From Minisyncoccota bacterium (GTDB lineage Bacteria; Patescibacteriota; Minisyncoccia; Phycocordibacterales; UBA5272): 64,000 nt of DNA. Each line of letters starts with the position of its first letter. The stretch's first letter is position 1. Under the pieces are notes generated by a model. The model saw only the letters and a program-made list of their open reading frames with translations. It made no database searches and was not told the origin of the DNA. The stretch covers positions 19,268 through 83,267 of the forward strand of contig JAGOQU010000003.1 in the NCBI GenBank assembly GCA_018063165.1, in the 5' to 3' direction. Of this stretch, positions 40,065 to 49,084 are shown in pieces. The position numbers were made by a program, and so were the translations under genes.

Positions 40065-40099
40065 GAAAAACGATTCCGTAAGGAATCGTTTTTTGTTTT
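40065..40099 (+). terminator. rho-independent terminator after paralog 2
   Basis: gaaaaacgattccgta-a-ggaatcgttttttgtttt. Confidence 0.7.
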
Positions 40100-40153
40100 A
40101 ATATTACATTGTCTATTCTCCTTCTTTCACTTTCCTGATATTATAAGGAGACT

Positions 40154-41428
40154 ATGATTCTTAAAAATTCGGCACTCCTTGCGATATTTAGCATGCTTTC
40201 AGTGCTTCTTGGTATTGTGCGTGACAGATTACTCGCGACACATGTAGGTGTTGGTCCAATTCTTGATATATACAATGCTTCATTTCGTCTTCCTGACTTT
40301 TTGTATGCAATGTCACTTGCCTTTGTAACAGCAGGAACCGTTGTGCCATTTCTAACTATTGAAAATAAGTCAGGAAATATTATTGACTCTCGTCATAAAT
40401 TTTCCTCGATTTCACTTTTCTTTGCAGGATTCGCTTCGCTTACTGGTCTTATTATCGCTATTACTATACCGCTCTATGCACGCTTTATTGTGCCTGGTTT
40501 TACTGAAGACCAACTCACTGTATTTATTAGTGTGACACGTCTTCTTATGCTTCAGCCGATACTTCTTGGTATCACGTCTCTTATTTCTTGTTTTGCACAA
40601 ATGAAAAATCATTTTGTGCTCTATGGTATTGCACCACTTGGATACTCTCTAGGTATTATAGGTGGTATTGTATTTTTATATCCACCTTATGGTGTTCATG
40701 GACTTATCTATGGAGTACTTATCGGTGCTTTTGTATCTTTTTTGATTCAACTCTATTCTCTTCGTGGAACAAGAATGATAGATGTTTTTCCTTATTTTTC
40801 GTTTAAGCATATTAAAGAATTATTTTCTCTTGCATATCCACGTACTGGGGTTAATATTCTGACACAACTTCGTACTATTTTCTTTACAGCATTTGCAACA
40901 ACACTTGGTCCTGGAATATTGTCGGCATATCTTTTTGCACAGAGAATTACAGATGCGGTAACACAAGTTATACAACAAAGTGTAACCACAGCGAGTCTGC
41001 CTGTACTTTCAAAAGAATTTGTTGAACATAAAATAGATACATATAAACATGTCGTTAAAAAATATGTACTTACTCTCGGTGCAATTGGTTTTTTTGCATC
41101 GTCCGCTATTTATTTTTTGAAAGATGTTGTTATTACTGTTTTGTACGGAAACACAAGTGCACATTCTTTGATATCATTTTTCTTAGTTGGTTTTCTTATT
41201 GTGCTTCCATTTCATATGATGACGGGATTCTTTTCTATTAGTCTTTATTCTGCAAAAGATACCAAAAGTGTTTTTTATTCTAATTTTGTTTCTACTGTAG
41301 TTGCTGTACTTGCTTGTTATGTAACACAACATATGGGAAATATTAGTCTTTTGTATGGTGTTATTGCTATGTCTCTTTCAAATTTTGTTGTTATTTCATT
41401 TTTATATAGTAGAAAAAAGTTATTGTAA
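40154..41428 (+). CDS. murJ: MurJ/MviN-family lipid II flippase-like membrane protein (short form)
   Basis: N-terminal LAIFSMLSVLLGIVRDRLLATHVGVGPILDIYNASFRLPDFLY parallels the MurJ N-terminus (SRVLGFARD...FG.G...DAF..AF.LPNLL). 12+ TM helices. Confidence 0.6.
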   Translation: MILKNSALLAIFSMLSVLLGIVRDRLLATHVGVGPILDIYNASFRLPDFLYAMSLAFVTAGTVVPFLTIENKSGNIIDSRHKFSSISLFFAGFASLTGLIIAITIPLYARFIVPGFTEDQLTVFISVTRLLMLQPILLGITSLISCFAQMKNHFVLYGIAPLGYSLGIIGGIVFLYPPYGVHGLIYGVLIGAFVSFLIQLYSLRGTRMIDVFPYFSFKHIKELFSLAYPRTGVNILTQLRTIFFTAFATTLGPGILSAYLFAQRITDAVTQVIQQSVTTASLPVLSKEFVEHKIDTYKHVVKKYVLTLGAIGFFASSAIYFLKDVVITVLYGNTSAHSLISFFLVGFLIVLPFHMMTGFFSISLYSAKDTKSVFYSNFVSTVVAVLACYVTQHMGNISLLYGVIAMSLSNFVVISFLYSRKKLL

Positions 41429-41552
41429 AAGAATTTTTTGAATTTAAGTAGAAATTTAGATTTTCTTCTTTTGAAAACTTTTAAGAGTAAGTAATTAGAA
41501 AACCATGATTCCCTTTATATTTTAGTCATTTTCGTGTAGTATAGAAGGATAT

Positions 41553-43355
41553 ATGGAAATTAGAAATTTCTCAATTATTGCTCATATTGATCACGGAAAG
41601 TCGACTCTAGCAGACCGTCTTCTTGAAGTTACTTCAACGGTAGACAAGCGTCACATGAAAGAACAGGTTCTTGACTCAATGGAACTTGAACGTGAACGAG
41701 GTATTACTATAAAAATGACTCCTGTTCGTATGAACTGGAAAAGTAAGGATGGAAAAGAATATGTTCTTAATCTAATTGATACGCCGGGGCATATAGATTT
41801 TTCTTATGAAGTGTCTCGCGCACTTCAGGCTGTAGAAGGTACACTTCTTCTTGTTGACTCAACACAGGGTGTGCAAGCACAAACACTTACAACTCTTGAA
41901 ATGGCAAAGAATTCTCATCTTACTATCATTCCAGTAATGACAAAGATTGATAGTCCTATTGCGAGACCAGATGATGTACGAGAAGAAATAGTTGAACTTC
42001 TTGGTTGTGATTTTGAAGATATTTTATCTGTTTCAGGAAAGACAGGTGAGGGTGTAGAAAATCTCCTTGAAGAAATTGTTAAAAAAGTTCCAAAGCCAAC
42101 AAGTGAATTTGGTGATAATACGTTCAATCAATCTCGTTCTCTTATTTTTGATTTTGAATATAGTAATCACATGGGGGTTATTCTGTATGTAAGAGTTCTA
42201 GACGGACATGTAAAGGCAGGGGATACACTACTCTTTACTCAATCGAATCATAAATTTATTATTCGTGAAGTTGGAACATTTACTCCTGGGAAAAAAGAAT
42301 GTAAAGGTATTGGTGCTGGAGAGATTGGATACATTGTGACTGGTATCAAAGAGCCAGGTATTGCTCGTGTTGGAGATACAGTAACAACACACAATAAGCC
42401 ACTTCCTGCATTTCCTGGATATGCTGAACCCGTGCCAATTGTTTTTGCATCGGTGTATCCTGAATCACAAGACGAATTCGACGATCTTCGTTCTTCGCTT
42501 TTTAAACTTAAACTATCGGACTCGTCTCTTACCTTTGAAGAAGAATCGTCCGGCGCTCTTGGACGCGGATTCCGTTGTGGGTTTCTTGGTATGCTCCACA
42601 TGGAAATCATTACAGAGAGATTAAGAAGAGAGTTCGATCAAGAATTAGTTGTTACAACACCATCTATTACGTATGAAGTAACTTTAAAAAATGGAGATGT
42701 GGAAATGGTATATACACCTATACATTTTCCTGATCATGGACAATATACGTCAGTGCGTGAGCCGTGGATATTATTGACCATCATAACGCCTCATGACTAT
42801 GTGAGCCCACTTATGCAACTTTTTCCTCCACATGAGGCTACAGTGGCAGATTTGGCCGACTGGGGGCATGATAGAGTCAGGATCAAGCTAGCTATGCCAC
42901 TTAGAGAGCTTATGCGTAACTTTTTCAATGAAGTTAAGTCTGCGTCATCTGGATACGCTTCTATTGTCTATGAACCTCTTGAAATGCGTCCGGCAGATGT
43001 AACAAGACTTGATGTATATGTTGCAGAAGAGCGTGTTACTGCTTTTTCTCGTGTAATACCAGAATATCGCGACCGAGAAGAATCAGAAGAAGTTGTGGAA
43101 AAGCTCGAAAAGATATTACCAACAGAAATGTTTCGTGTGAAGATACAAGCATATGTGCGTGGACGTATTATTGCTTCTCGTTCTATCGCTCCTATGAAAA
43201 AAGATGTGACAGGGTATATGTATGGAGGAGATATCACTCGTAAAATGAAGCTTCGCGAAAAGCAAAAGCGTGGAAAAGATAGAATGGAAAGAGAAGGAAA
43301 GGTGCATATATCACATGATACATTCTTAAAGATGATGAAACCTAATGAGAAGTAG
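41553..43355 (+). CDS. lepA: elongation factor 4 (LepA)
   Basis: IRNFSIIAHIDHGKSTLADRLL, DTPGHIDF, TKID G-motifs, and LepA C-terminal domain. 600 aa. Confidence 0.9.
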   Translation: MEIRNFSIIAHIDHGKSTLADRLLEVTSTVDKRHMKEQVLDSMELERERGITIKMTPVRMNWKSKDGKEYVLNLIDTPGHIDFSYEVSRALQAVEGTLLLVDSTQGVQAQTLTTLEMAKNSHLTIIPVMTKIDSPIARPDDVREEIVELLGCDFEDILSVSGKTGEGVENLLEEIVKKVPKPTSEFGDNTFNQSRSLIFDFEYSNHMGVILYVRVLDGHVKAGDTLLFTQSNHKFIIREVGTFTPGKKECKGIGAGEIGYIVTGIKEPGIARVGDTVTTHNKPLPAFPGYAEPVPIVFASVYPESQDEFDDLRSSLFKLKLSDSSLTFEEESSGALGRGFRCGFLGMLHMEIITERLRREFDQELVVTTPSITYEVTLKNGDVEMVYTPIHFPDHGQYTSVREPWILLTIITPHDYVSPLMQLFPPHEATVADLADWGHDRVRIKLAMPLRELMRNFFNEVKSASSGYASIVYEPLEMRPADVTRLDVYVAEERVTAFSRVIPEYRDREESEEVVEKLEKILPTEMFRVKIQAYVRGRIIASRSIAPMKKDVTGYMYGGDITRKMKLREKQKRGKDRMEREGKVHISHDTFLKMMKPNEK

Positions 43356-43392
43356 TTTTTGTTTCTCTTGTATAGATTGATATACTTAGAGT

Positions 43393-43956
43393 ATGAAACA
43401 AGAAAAATATATATTATGGGGGTCTATAGCTATCTTGATTATAAGTAGTGTTCTTTTTGTTGTTGTAGATGGTCCAAAAAAGACAAAAGAAGAAACTTCT
43501 CATACCTCAGTAAAAAAAGAAATATCGTTAGATACAGAAAATACTAAGAATGCAACTTCTAGTACAGGAGGATTAGGAACGACAACACCACAAGAACCTG
43601 ATGCAAGGTTCAATACAAAACTTTGGTCTGCGACATATACAAATAATACATATGGTTTTACGCTAGTTTTTCCAGATTCTTGGTCTAGTTATACAGCAAA
43701 AGAAATTGATAACGGTGTACAATTTGGTGTAGAAGGTCAAGAAGATGTTTTCACTATCGTTGCTTATACGAACAAAGAATGGGAAGAAAAAATACAGGAA
43801 AATAAAAGAGCTGGAACAGGAGAATTGCCTGGTGTCTTAAAAAAGAATGATGCGTATGTGTTTACTGTAAAAAGAGCAAGTACTTTTTCGGAAAAAGTGC
43901 TCACTGTTATTAATGTTTACCCTTCAATTCTTACAACATTTACGTTTAGAAAATAA
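43393..43956 (+). CDS. hypothetical N-terminally anchored secreted protein
   Basis: TM anchor, then a Ser/Thr-rich linker and a soluble domain. Confidence 0.45.
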   Translation: MKQEKYILWGSIAILIISSVLFVVVDGPKKTKEETSHTSVKKEISLDTENTKNATSSTGGLGTTTPQEPDARFNTKLWSATYTNNTYGFTLVFPDSWSSYTAKEIDNGVQFGVEGQEDVFTIVAYTNKEWEEKIQENKRAGTGELPGVLKKNDAYVFTVKRASTFSEKVLTVINVYPSILTTFTFRK

Positions 43957-43974
43957 GTAAGTTTTGTATAAAGA

Positions 43975-44008
43975 AAAAGCGATGACGTGTACTCATGTCA
44001 TCGCTTTA
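43975..44008 (+). terminator. hairpin terminator
   Basis: aaaagcgatgac-gtgtactcat-gtcatcgcttt. Confidence 0.5.
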
Positions 44009-44191
44009 GTTCTTTCTGAAATTACCCAATAAAAGCTACCAGTGAAAAACCGAGCATTCCAATGATAGAAACAACTGCGATCACTTTCCAGATAGTAAGT
44101 ATTATTTTTCTGTTTTTTGCTGCAAAAATCATATGTTTATTTAAATACTCTTAGATGAGTATGTTATTATAGATACAATAGTAGCAATTTT

Positions 44192-44584
44192 ATGCGAGAA
44201 TATCAACAAAAACATTTACTAAGAACTCTCTTTTATTCAAGGGTAACTATTGTTATTTTATTTTTACTTATTATTGTTCTTCTTAGATCTATTATGGAGC
44301 TTAATGATAAGCGTATAGAAGTTTCAAAACTAGCAGAAGAAGCAAATATTGAGAAACAAAAAATGGTTGCAAAAGTAGAAAAGGCTCAGATACAAAGTGA
44401 TGAAATAGCAACACAAAGAGGGTTTGAGTCATATGTAAGAACAACGTATCCTGTTGTTAAGAATGGGGAAGGTGTTATAGTTGTGTATGATGAAAATACG
44501 AGTTCGGTAAGTCAGGTGAGAGCTGATATGAATATCTGGGAGAAATTTGTTGTTATTTGGAGAAATATAACAAAAAAAGAATAA
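44192..44584 (+). CDS. FtsB/DivIC-like septum formation initiator family protein (putative)
   Basis: N-terminal TM, coiled coil, and C-terminal ...RGFESYVRTTYPVVKNGEGVIVV resembling the DivIC/FtsB C-terminal motif. Confidence 0.4.
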   Translation: MREYQQKHLLRTLFYSRVTIVILFLLIIVLLRSIMELNDKRIEVSKLAEEANIEKQKMVAKVEKAQIQSDEIATQRGFESYVRTTYPVVKNGEGVIVVYDENTSSVSQVRADMNIWEKFVVIWRNITKKE

Positions 44585-44623
44585 GTTTTTTGTTTTACTA
44601 TTTCTTGATATACTGAGTGGTAT

Positions 44624-44869
44624 ATGGAAACAAAAAAAGTAGAAATTTTTAGTACTGATACATGTCATTTTTGTCATATGGCAAAAGAATGGCTTGAATC
44701 AAAAGGTGTACCTTTTATTGAATATAATGTTGGAACAGATACAGAGAAAAGAAAAGAGATGATGGAAATGACAGGACAACTTGGTGTTCCTGTGGTTAGA
44801 ATTGGTGATAATGTCATGATTGGTTTTAATCCAGACCAAATGGCGAAAATACTTGAAATCGCTGATTAA
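44624..44869 (+). CDS. glutaredoxin-like protein (NrdH/YruB-like)
   Basis: 81 aa with CHFC active-site CxxC near the N-terminus and thioredoxin-fold pattern (GVPVV...G). Confidence 0.75.
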   Translation: METKKVEIFSTDTCHFCHMAKEWLESKGVPFIEYNVGTDTEKRKEMMEMTGQLGVPVVRIGDNVMIGFNPDQMAKILEIAD

Positions 44870-44919
44870 AAACTGTTCCTAGGTATTGCGCATGGCTATA
44901 TTTGCTGTGCAGATACTAT

Positions 44920-44992
44920 CCTCCGATAGTTCAAATGGATAGAACAGAAGCGTCCTAAGCTTTTAATGTGGGTTCAATTCCTGCTCGGGGGA
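44920..44992 (+). tRNA. tRNA-Arg (anticodon CCT), probable
   Basis: Cloverleaf folded by hand: acceptor cctccga/tcggggg, D-arm gttc-aaatggata-gaac, anticodon stem gaagc/gcttt with loop gtCCTaa, T-arm gtggg-ttcaatt-cctgc. It has a 4-nt variable loop and several G-U pairs, and no encoded CCA. Confidence 0.5.
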
Positions 44993-45032
44993 CAAATTAA
45001 GTATGTGTGATATTATTATAGTATTTATTACT

Positions 45033-45395
45033 ATGTCACAAGAAACATTTACTGTAAAACTTGATATTCATGACAACCTTTTAAAATCTTTATCGGTGAA
45101 TGAAGATGGTATTGTTACTTTTACAGAAGGAGATAAAAAAGAATGTGAACAAGTATCGTGTGATGCGATTGAAGACTTGAAGAGATATATACTGGAAAAA
45201 GATTTTTTTTCTTTAGAAGAAAAATATCTTGGAACAGAATGTTGTGATTTTGTTGCTCATACAGTTACTGTTTCTATTGGTGAAAAAACTCATACAGTAT
45301 ATTGTTATAATACATGTCCTATATATTTTGATGAGATAGTTAAGAAGATAAAAAATCTTTGGCCACGCACGATTGAATATACTGGTTTTTCTTAA
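45033..45395 (+). CDS. hypothetical Cys-containing protein
   Basis: ORF immediately downstream of the tRNA. Internal Met chosen as start because the 45003 ATG abuts the tRNA. Confidence 0.4.
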   Translation: MSQETFTVKLDIHDNLLKSLSVNEDGIVTFTEGDKKECEQVSCDAIEDLKRYILEKDFFSLEEKYLGTECCDFVAHTVTVSIGEKTHTVYCYNTCPIYFDEIVKKIKNLWPRTIEYTGFS

Positions 45396-45447
45396 TTTTT
45401 TATATTGTAAGATATACATTCTTTTTTGAAAAAGAATGTATAGTAAT

Positions 45448-46971
45448 TTATTTGTAATAATTCCTTAAAAAGGTGATGGCGTTTGTTATATCACTACTGG
45501 TATCTTGTGTACCAAAAGACATCATAAAAATAGGTCTAGTTGTGCCGTGTACAGGAAGTTCAAAAACTGAAAAATTATATCCTAGAGTGTTAGTTGTTTT
45601 TCCACTAATACCTCCAAAAAAGAATTCTTTTGCACTTAGTTCATTTGATTCTCCTAGAGCATCAAAAATACTTTTGCCGTACGTTGTTGTTTTTACTTTA
45701 CCCGATGTGATATTAAATAAAAAGCTACGATTATTATAAATATATTTTGCTAACATGAACATATCTTCTGGGGTTGATATATTCTTATCACTAAGACCAC
45801 TTGGATCTACGAATGTTGTGTGTGTCATGCCGATAGCTTTTGCTTTTGCATTCATACGAGCAATAAAAGCATCTCTACCATATAATCTTGCTATGGTTTC
45901 AGCTGCTTCGTTTGAAGATTCTCTAAGAAGCGGAAAAAGAAGTTGATATACATTTATTTGCATACCTTCGTACAATCTTGGTTTTTCTGTTTGTATGAGT
46001 GAAGTTTTTTGAACTGTTGCTGTTTTTTCTATATTAATATATTCCGTAGCAACTAACGCTGTCATTAACTTTGTAATTGATTCTGATGTTATTGTCGTGT
46101 TCTTATTTTTTTCTAAAAATATATGATTATTTAAAATATCTGACATCATACATGAAGAACAAGAGAGCTCCGGCTTAGGTTCTTTATATAAAAAAGTATC
46201 AGGAATAAAATCTTTTTCATACACAAGTATAGGTGTGCCTACAGTAACTGCATCAAATATTTTTTTAGAATTTTCATCGCTAAGTCTTACACATCCTCCA
46301 GAGAATGTTGAAGAAACAGGAGATCCATCGTCATAATAAGGCCATCCATGAATGAAAAAATTACCTTGAAATTGCATACTCCATGGTTGTGTTACATGAC
46401 CCATACTAGAATAATGTGTTTTTTCTTTAGTTTCTATTTTGTAGAGTCCAGCTGGTGTTTCCCACCAAGAACCTTCTTTTCCTTTAGTTTTAACTGGAAC
46501 TTCAACAAAAAGAACTCCTTCTTTATATACACGAGCAATCATTTGTGAAAGATCTACTTCTACAAAGGTTGCCTTACTTTCAATGAATTGATTTTTTACT
46601 TTAGTAAAAAAGTTTGGATTAGAGAGTGCTGATTGAACACCGTATGTGAAGTTGATTGTATCTTGATTAGGCATTTCTGGTGTTTGTAGTGTGTATGTTA
46701 CAGATTCTGTTCTGAAATATATAAATATACAAGCAAAAATAACGGTAAGTGATAATACAACACCGATAAATGTTGATTCTTTTACTGGAGACACAAGAAA
46801 TCTTCGTAAAGAAAAGTGTTTAATTTCTTCTGGGTGAAGAATGTAATAAAAAGCTTGATCTATATCCTCAGCACTCCATTCTTCTTTAATAAGTTCTTCT
46901 CGTATGATGTCGTCTGTAATATTAACAGATCTTCGTATCTCTATTTGTTTGATGAGTTGCTTGAGGTGCAT
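45448..46971 (-). CDS. membrane-anchored bifunctional peptidoglycan enzyme: L,D-transpeptidase (YkuD) domain fused to S11-family D-alanyl-D-alanine carboxypeptidase (PBP5/DacA-like) domain
   Basis: YkuD motif HGWPYYDDGSPVSSTFSGGCVRL. S11 motifs SITK (SxxK), SSNEAA (SxN), GKTT (KTG-like variant), and FIARMNAKAKAIGMTHTTFVDPSGL (cf. DacA [25 protein letters not shown]). N-terminal cytoplasmic segment plus TM. Confidence 0.7.
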   Translation of the reverse strand: MHLKQLIKQIEIRRSVNITDDIIREELIKEEWSAEDIDQAFYYILHPEEIKHFSLRRFLVSPVKESTFIGVVLSLTVIFACIFIYFRTESVTYTLQTPEMPNQDTINFTYGVQSALSNPNFFTKVKNQFIESKATFVEVDLSQMIARVYKEGVLFVEVPVKTKGKEGSWWETPAGLYKIETKEKTHYSSMGHVTQPWSMQFQGNFFIHGWPYYDDGSPVSSTFSGGCVRLSDENSKKIFDAVTVGTPILVYEKDFIPDTFLYKEPKPELSCSSCMMSDILNNHIFLEKNKNTTITSESITKLMTALVATEYINIEKTATVQKTSLIQTEKPRLYEGMQINVYQLLFPLLRESSNEAAETIARLYGRDAFIARMNAKAKAIGMTHTTFVDPSGLSDKNISTPEDMFMLAKYIYNNRSFLFNITSGKVKTTTYGKSIFDALGESNELSAKEFFFGGISGKTTNTLGYNFSVFELPVHGTTRPIFMMSFGTQDTSSDITNAITFLRNYYK

Positions 46972-47096
46972 GATAAGTATAAGCTAGTGTATTTTGAGTA
47001 TACTTTATTTTTAAAAGACGTATATATAAAAACTGTGTATTGTGATATGTTTAAAAGTCTGTGTAACTAGTAGGAAACTAGTGTTATACTTACCAT

Positions 47097-47474
47097 ATGT
47101 CAGTAAAAGATTTAAATAATGAAGAAAAGTTAGACGTTATCTACGAGATGACTATAGAGAATAATAAAATGCTTAGATCTCTTCGAAGGCAGCATTATTT
47201 TTCAAGTATTATGACTATTCTCTATTGGCTTATGGTAATAGGTGCTATTGGAAGTGCGTATTATTTTGTAAGGCCAGTGGTTACTCTTCTTTCTAATAAT
47301 TCTGGTAAAATAGAAGAGACGGTAGGGCAGTTTAATCAGATTCGTAATCAATTACCAGAGGCAAAGCTCATTAATCAACTTTTAAATAGTTTAACAGGAA
47401 AAAAAGAAATAAATAATGATGTTGCAATGCCAGATGATGGTGTTATTGATGTTAAAAGTGCAACAACTCCTTAA
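47097..47474 (+). CDS. hypothetical membrane-anchored protein
   Basis: 125 aa with one TM helix. Confidence 0.4.
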   Translation: MSVKDLNNEEKLDVIYEMTIENNKMLRSLRRQHYFSSIMTILYWLMVIGAIGSAYYFVRPVVTLLSNNSGKIEETVGQFNQIRNQLPEAKLINQLLNSLTGKKEINNDVAMPDDGVIDVKSATTP

Positions 47475-47542
47475 TTTTTAGATCTTCCAGATTTTTGTTT
47501 TTTATGATAGAATTCAACTATTGATTTTTAAAGAATCAATAT

Positions 47543-47615
47543 GCTGGGATAGCTCAGTTGGTAGAGCATTTGCCTGAAGAGCAAAGGGTCCCCAGTTCGA
47601 GCCTGGGTCCCAGCA
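47543..47615 (+). tRNA. tRNA-Phe (anticodon GAA)
   Basis: gctggga acceptor, tagctcagttggtagagc D-arm, anticodon loop cTGAAga, T-arm cccag-ttcgagc-ctggg, acceptor tcccagc + a. No encoded CCA. Confidence 0.9.
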
Positions 47616-47661
47616 CAGAACACAAAAAGCAACATTTTACGATGTTGCTTTTTGTGTTCTG
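47616..47661 (+). terminator. perfect 20-bp-stem hairpin immediately 3' of tRNA-Phe (terminator/processing structure)
   Basis: cagaacacaaaaagcaacat-tttacg-atgttgctttttgtgttctg with exact complementarity. Confidence 0.55.
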
Positions 47662-47891
47662 TGTTGGGACAGAAAGCTAACTGTCTGGCTTTCATATAGA
47701 TCCGAATAGGCGATTAGTAAATCGTACTGTGATGAAGTCGAGAAGTCTTTTATTTTTTGTAATCAAAAATTGACTTCGTGACCGAGTCTAATCTAGCAAC
47801 TGTGTGTTATATGATGGGTGAAATTAGATGAAAAAGTACAAAACTTTTTATTATCATGTGGATATGTTTTACATCCTCGTATGCTATTTAA

Positions 47892-48734
47892 TTGTATACT
47901 TGTATGGTTATTAATAAAAATAAAATGATGATGAATAAAAAATATTTAGGATTATTGGTTATAGGTTCTATTAATTTTGCTTTCGGGTTGACAACAGCAT
48001 CAATTCTTCCTACCGGTGCCGGTTCTTACTCTGCATGGACACCTTCAACAGGAACAACACATTATACACTTGTTGATGAATCTGCTTGTAATGGACTTAC
48101 TGATTATGTTTCGACGAATGTTGCAAATAATCGTGATTCATATGCTGTTTCTCTCGCAAATGTTCCAGACGGGTCAACAATTACTGGTGTTTCTATTACT
48201 CCTTGTGCATCAAAGTCAACAAGTAATAAAGTTGCTAATATGAAGGTCTTTTATAAATTAAATGGAGTAAATAGTACAGATAGTTCTGTATATTATTTAT
48301 CAGGCACAACTCCTGTTAATCTTACTCCATCAAATTATTATGGACTTTCAGTTGTAAAAGTACCTTCTACAACTCTTGAAGTAGGAGCTGTTCTTGTAAC
48401 AGGTGCAACAACTGGTGCTAGATTAAGTAGGATGGCTACAATGATTAATTATACTGCTCCTTCTGTTCCACCTATAGCACCAAGTAATCTAAATACAACT
48501 GTATCAAGCTCAACCAATGTATTTCTTTCATGGTTAGATAATTCATCAAATGAAACTGGTTTTTGGTTGGAAAGAGGTACCGATGGTATTAATTTTAATC
48601 TATTAGCAACTACAACATCATCTAATTATTTTAATGTAGGATTAAGCACAGGAACGTATTATTATCGTGTTCGTGCGTATAATTCATATGGTAGTTCTGC
48701 TTTCTCTAGTACAACAATAGCTGTTATCCAATAA
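47892..48734 (+). CDS. secreted protein with C-terminal fibronectin type III domain
   Basis: N-terminal signal (MMMNKKYLGLLVIGSINFAFG). C-terminal PSAPSNLN...VFLSWLDNSSNETGFWLERG...YYYRVRAYNSYGSS FN3 pattern. Start may be 47925. Confidence 0.55.
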   Translation: MYTCMVINKNKMMMNKKYLGLLVIGSINFAFGLTTASILPTGAGSYSAWTPSTGTTHYTLVDESACNGLTDYVSTNVANNRDSYAVSLANVPDGSTITGVSITPCASKSTSNKVANMKVFYKLNGVNSTDSSVYYLSGTTPVNLTPSNYYGLSVVKVPSTTLEVGAVLVTGATTGARLSRMATMINYTAPSVPPIAPSNLNTTVSSSTNVFLSWLDNSSNETGFWLERGTDGINFNLLATTTSSNYFNVGLSTGTYYYRVRAYNSYGSSAFSSTTIAVIQ

Positions 48735-49052
48735 TTTTAAAATTTAAATTAATTTTTGTAATAAGCACCGTAAGGTGCTTTTTACTTAACTTGAGCTCGG
48801 TGTTATGTATTTGACATTATTATTAAAAATGTTAGTGTATAGTTCTGTTCATTGTTTTTAGAAAGTTACAGTATGAATACTTTTATTTTGTATCTTCGTG
48901 ATGGTCGTGTTATGGCTTCACAGGGTCATAATATGATTGACGCCTGCTTCAGATCTTCTAGTTGCGTCAATTACAAAGAAGTCCAAAGTTACAGAGAAGG
49001 TAACAGTGAAAGACGTATTACTTTTGCTCAATAAAAAAGTAACAATAATGTA

Positions 49053-49083
49053 TAAAAAAACCTCCACAGTGGAGGTTTTTTTC
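49053..49083. terminator. bidirectional hairpin terminator (FN3 gene / hsp20)
   Basis: aaaaaaacctccac-agt-ggaggtttttttc. Confidence 0.65.
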
Positions 49084-49084
49084 T

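Noticed and set aside
44002-44112. 36-aa hydrophobic minus-strand ORF (MIFAAKNRKIILTIWKVIAVVSIIGMLGFSLVAFIG)
   Set aside because: It has no SD or promoter. Its 3' end is overlapped by the terminator hairpin of the upstream gene. The AT-rich sequence readily yields such ORFs.
44880-45000. Possibility that tRNA-Arg marks an integrated mobile element
   Set aside because: No integrase, recombinase, direct repeat of the tRNA 3' end, or phage-like genes were found downstream. The genes up to tRNA-Phe are ordinary cell-wall or hypothetical genes.
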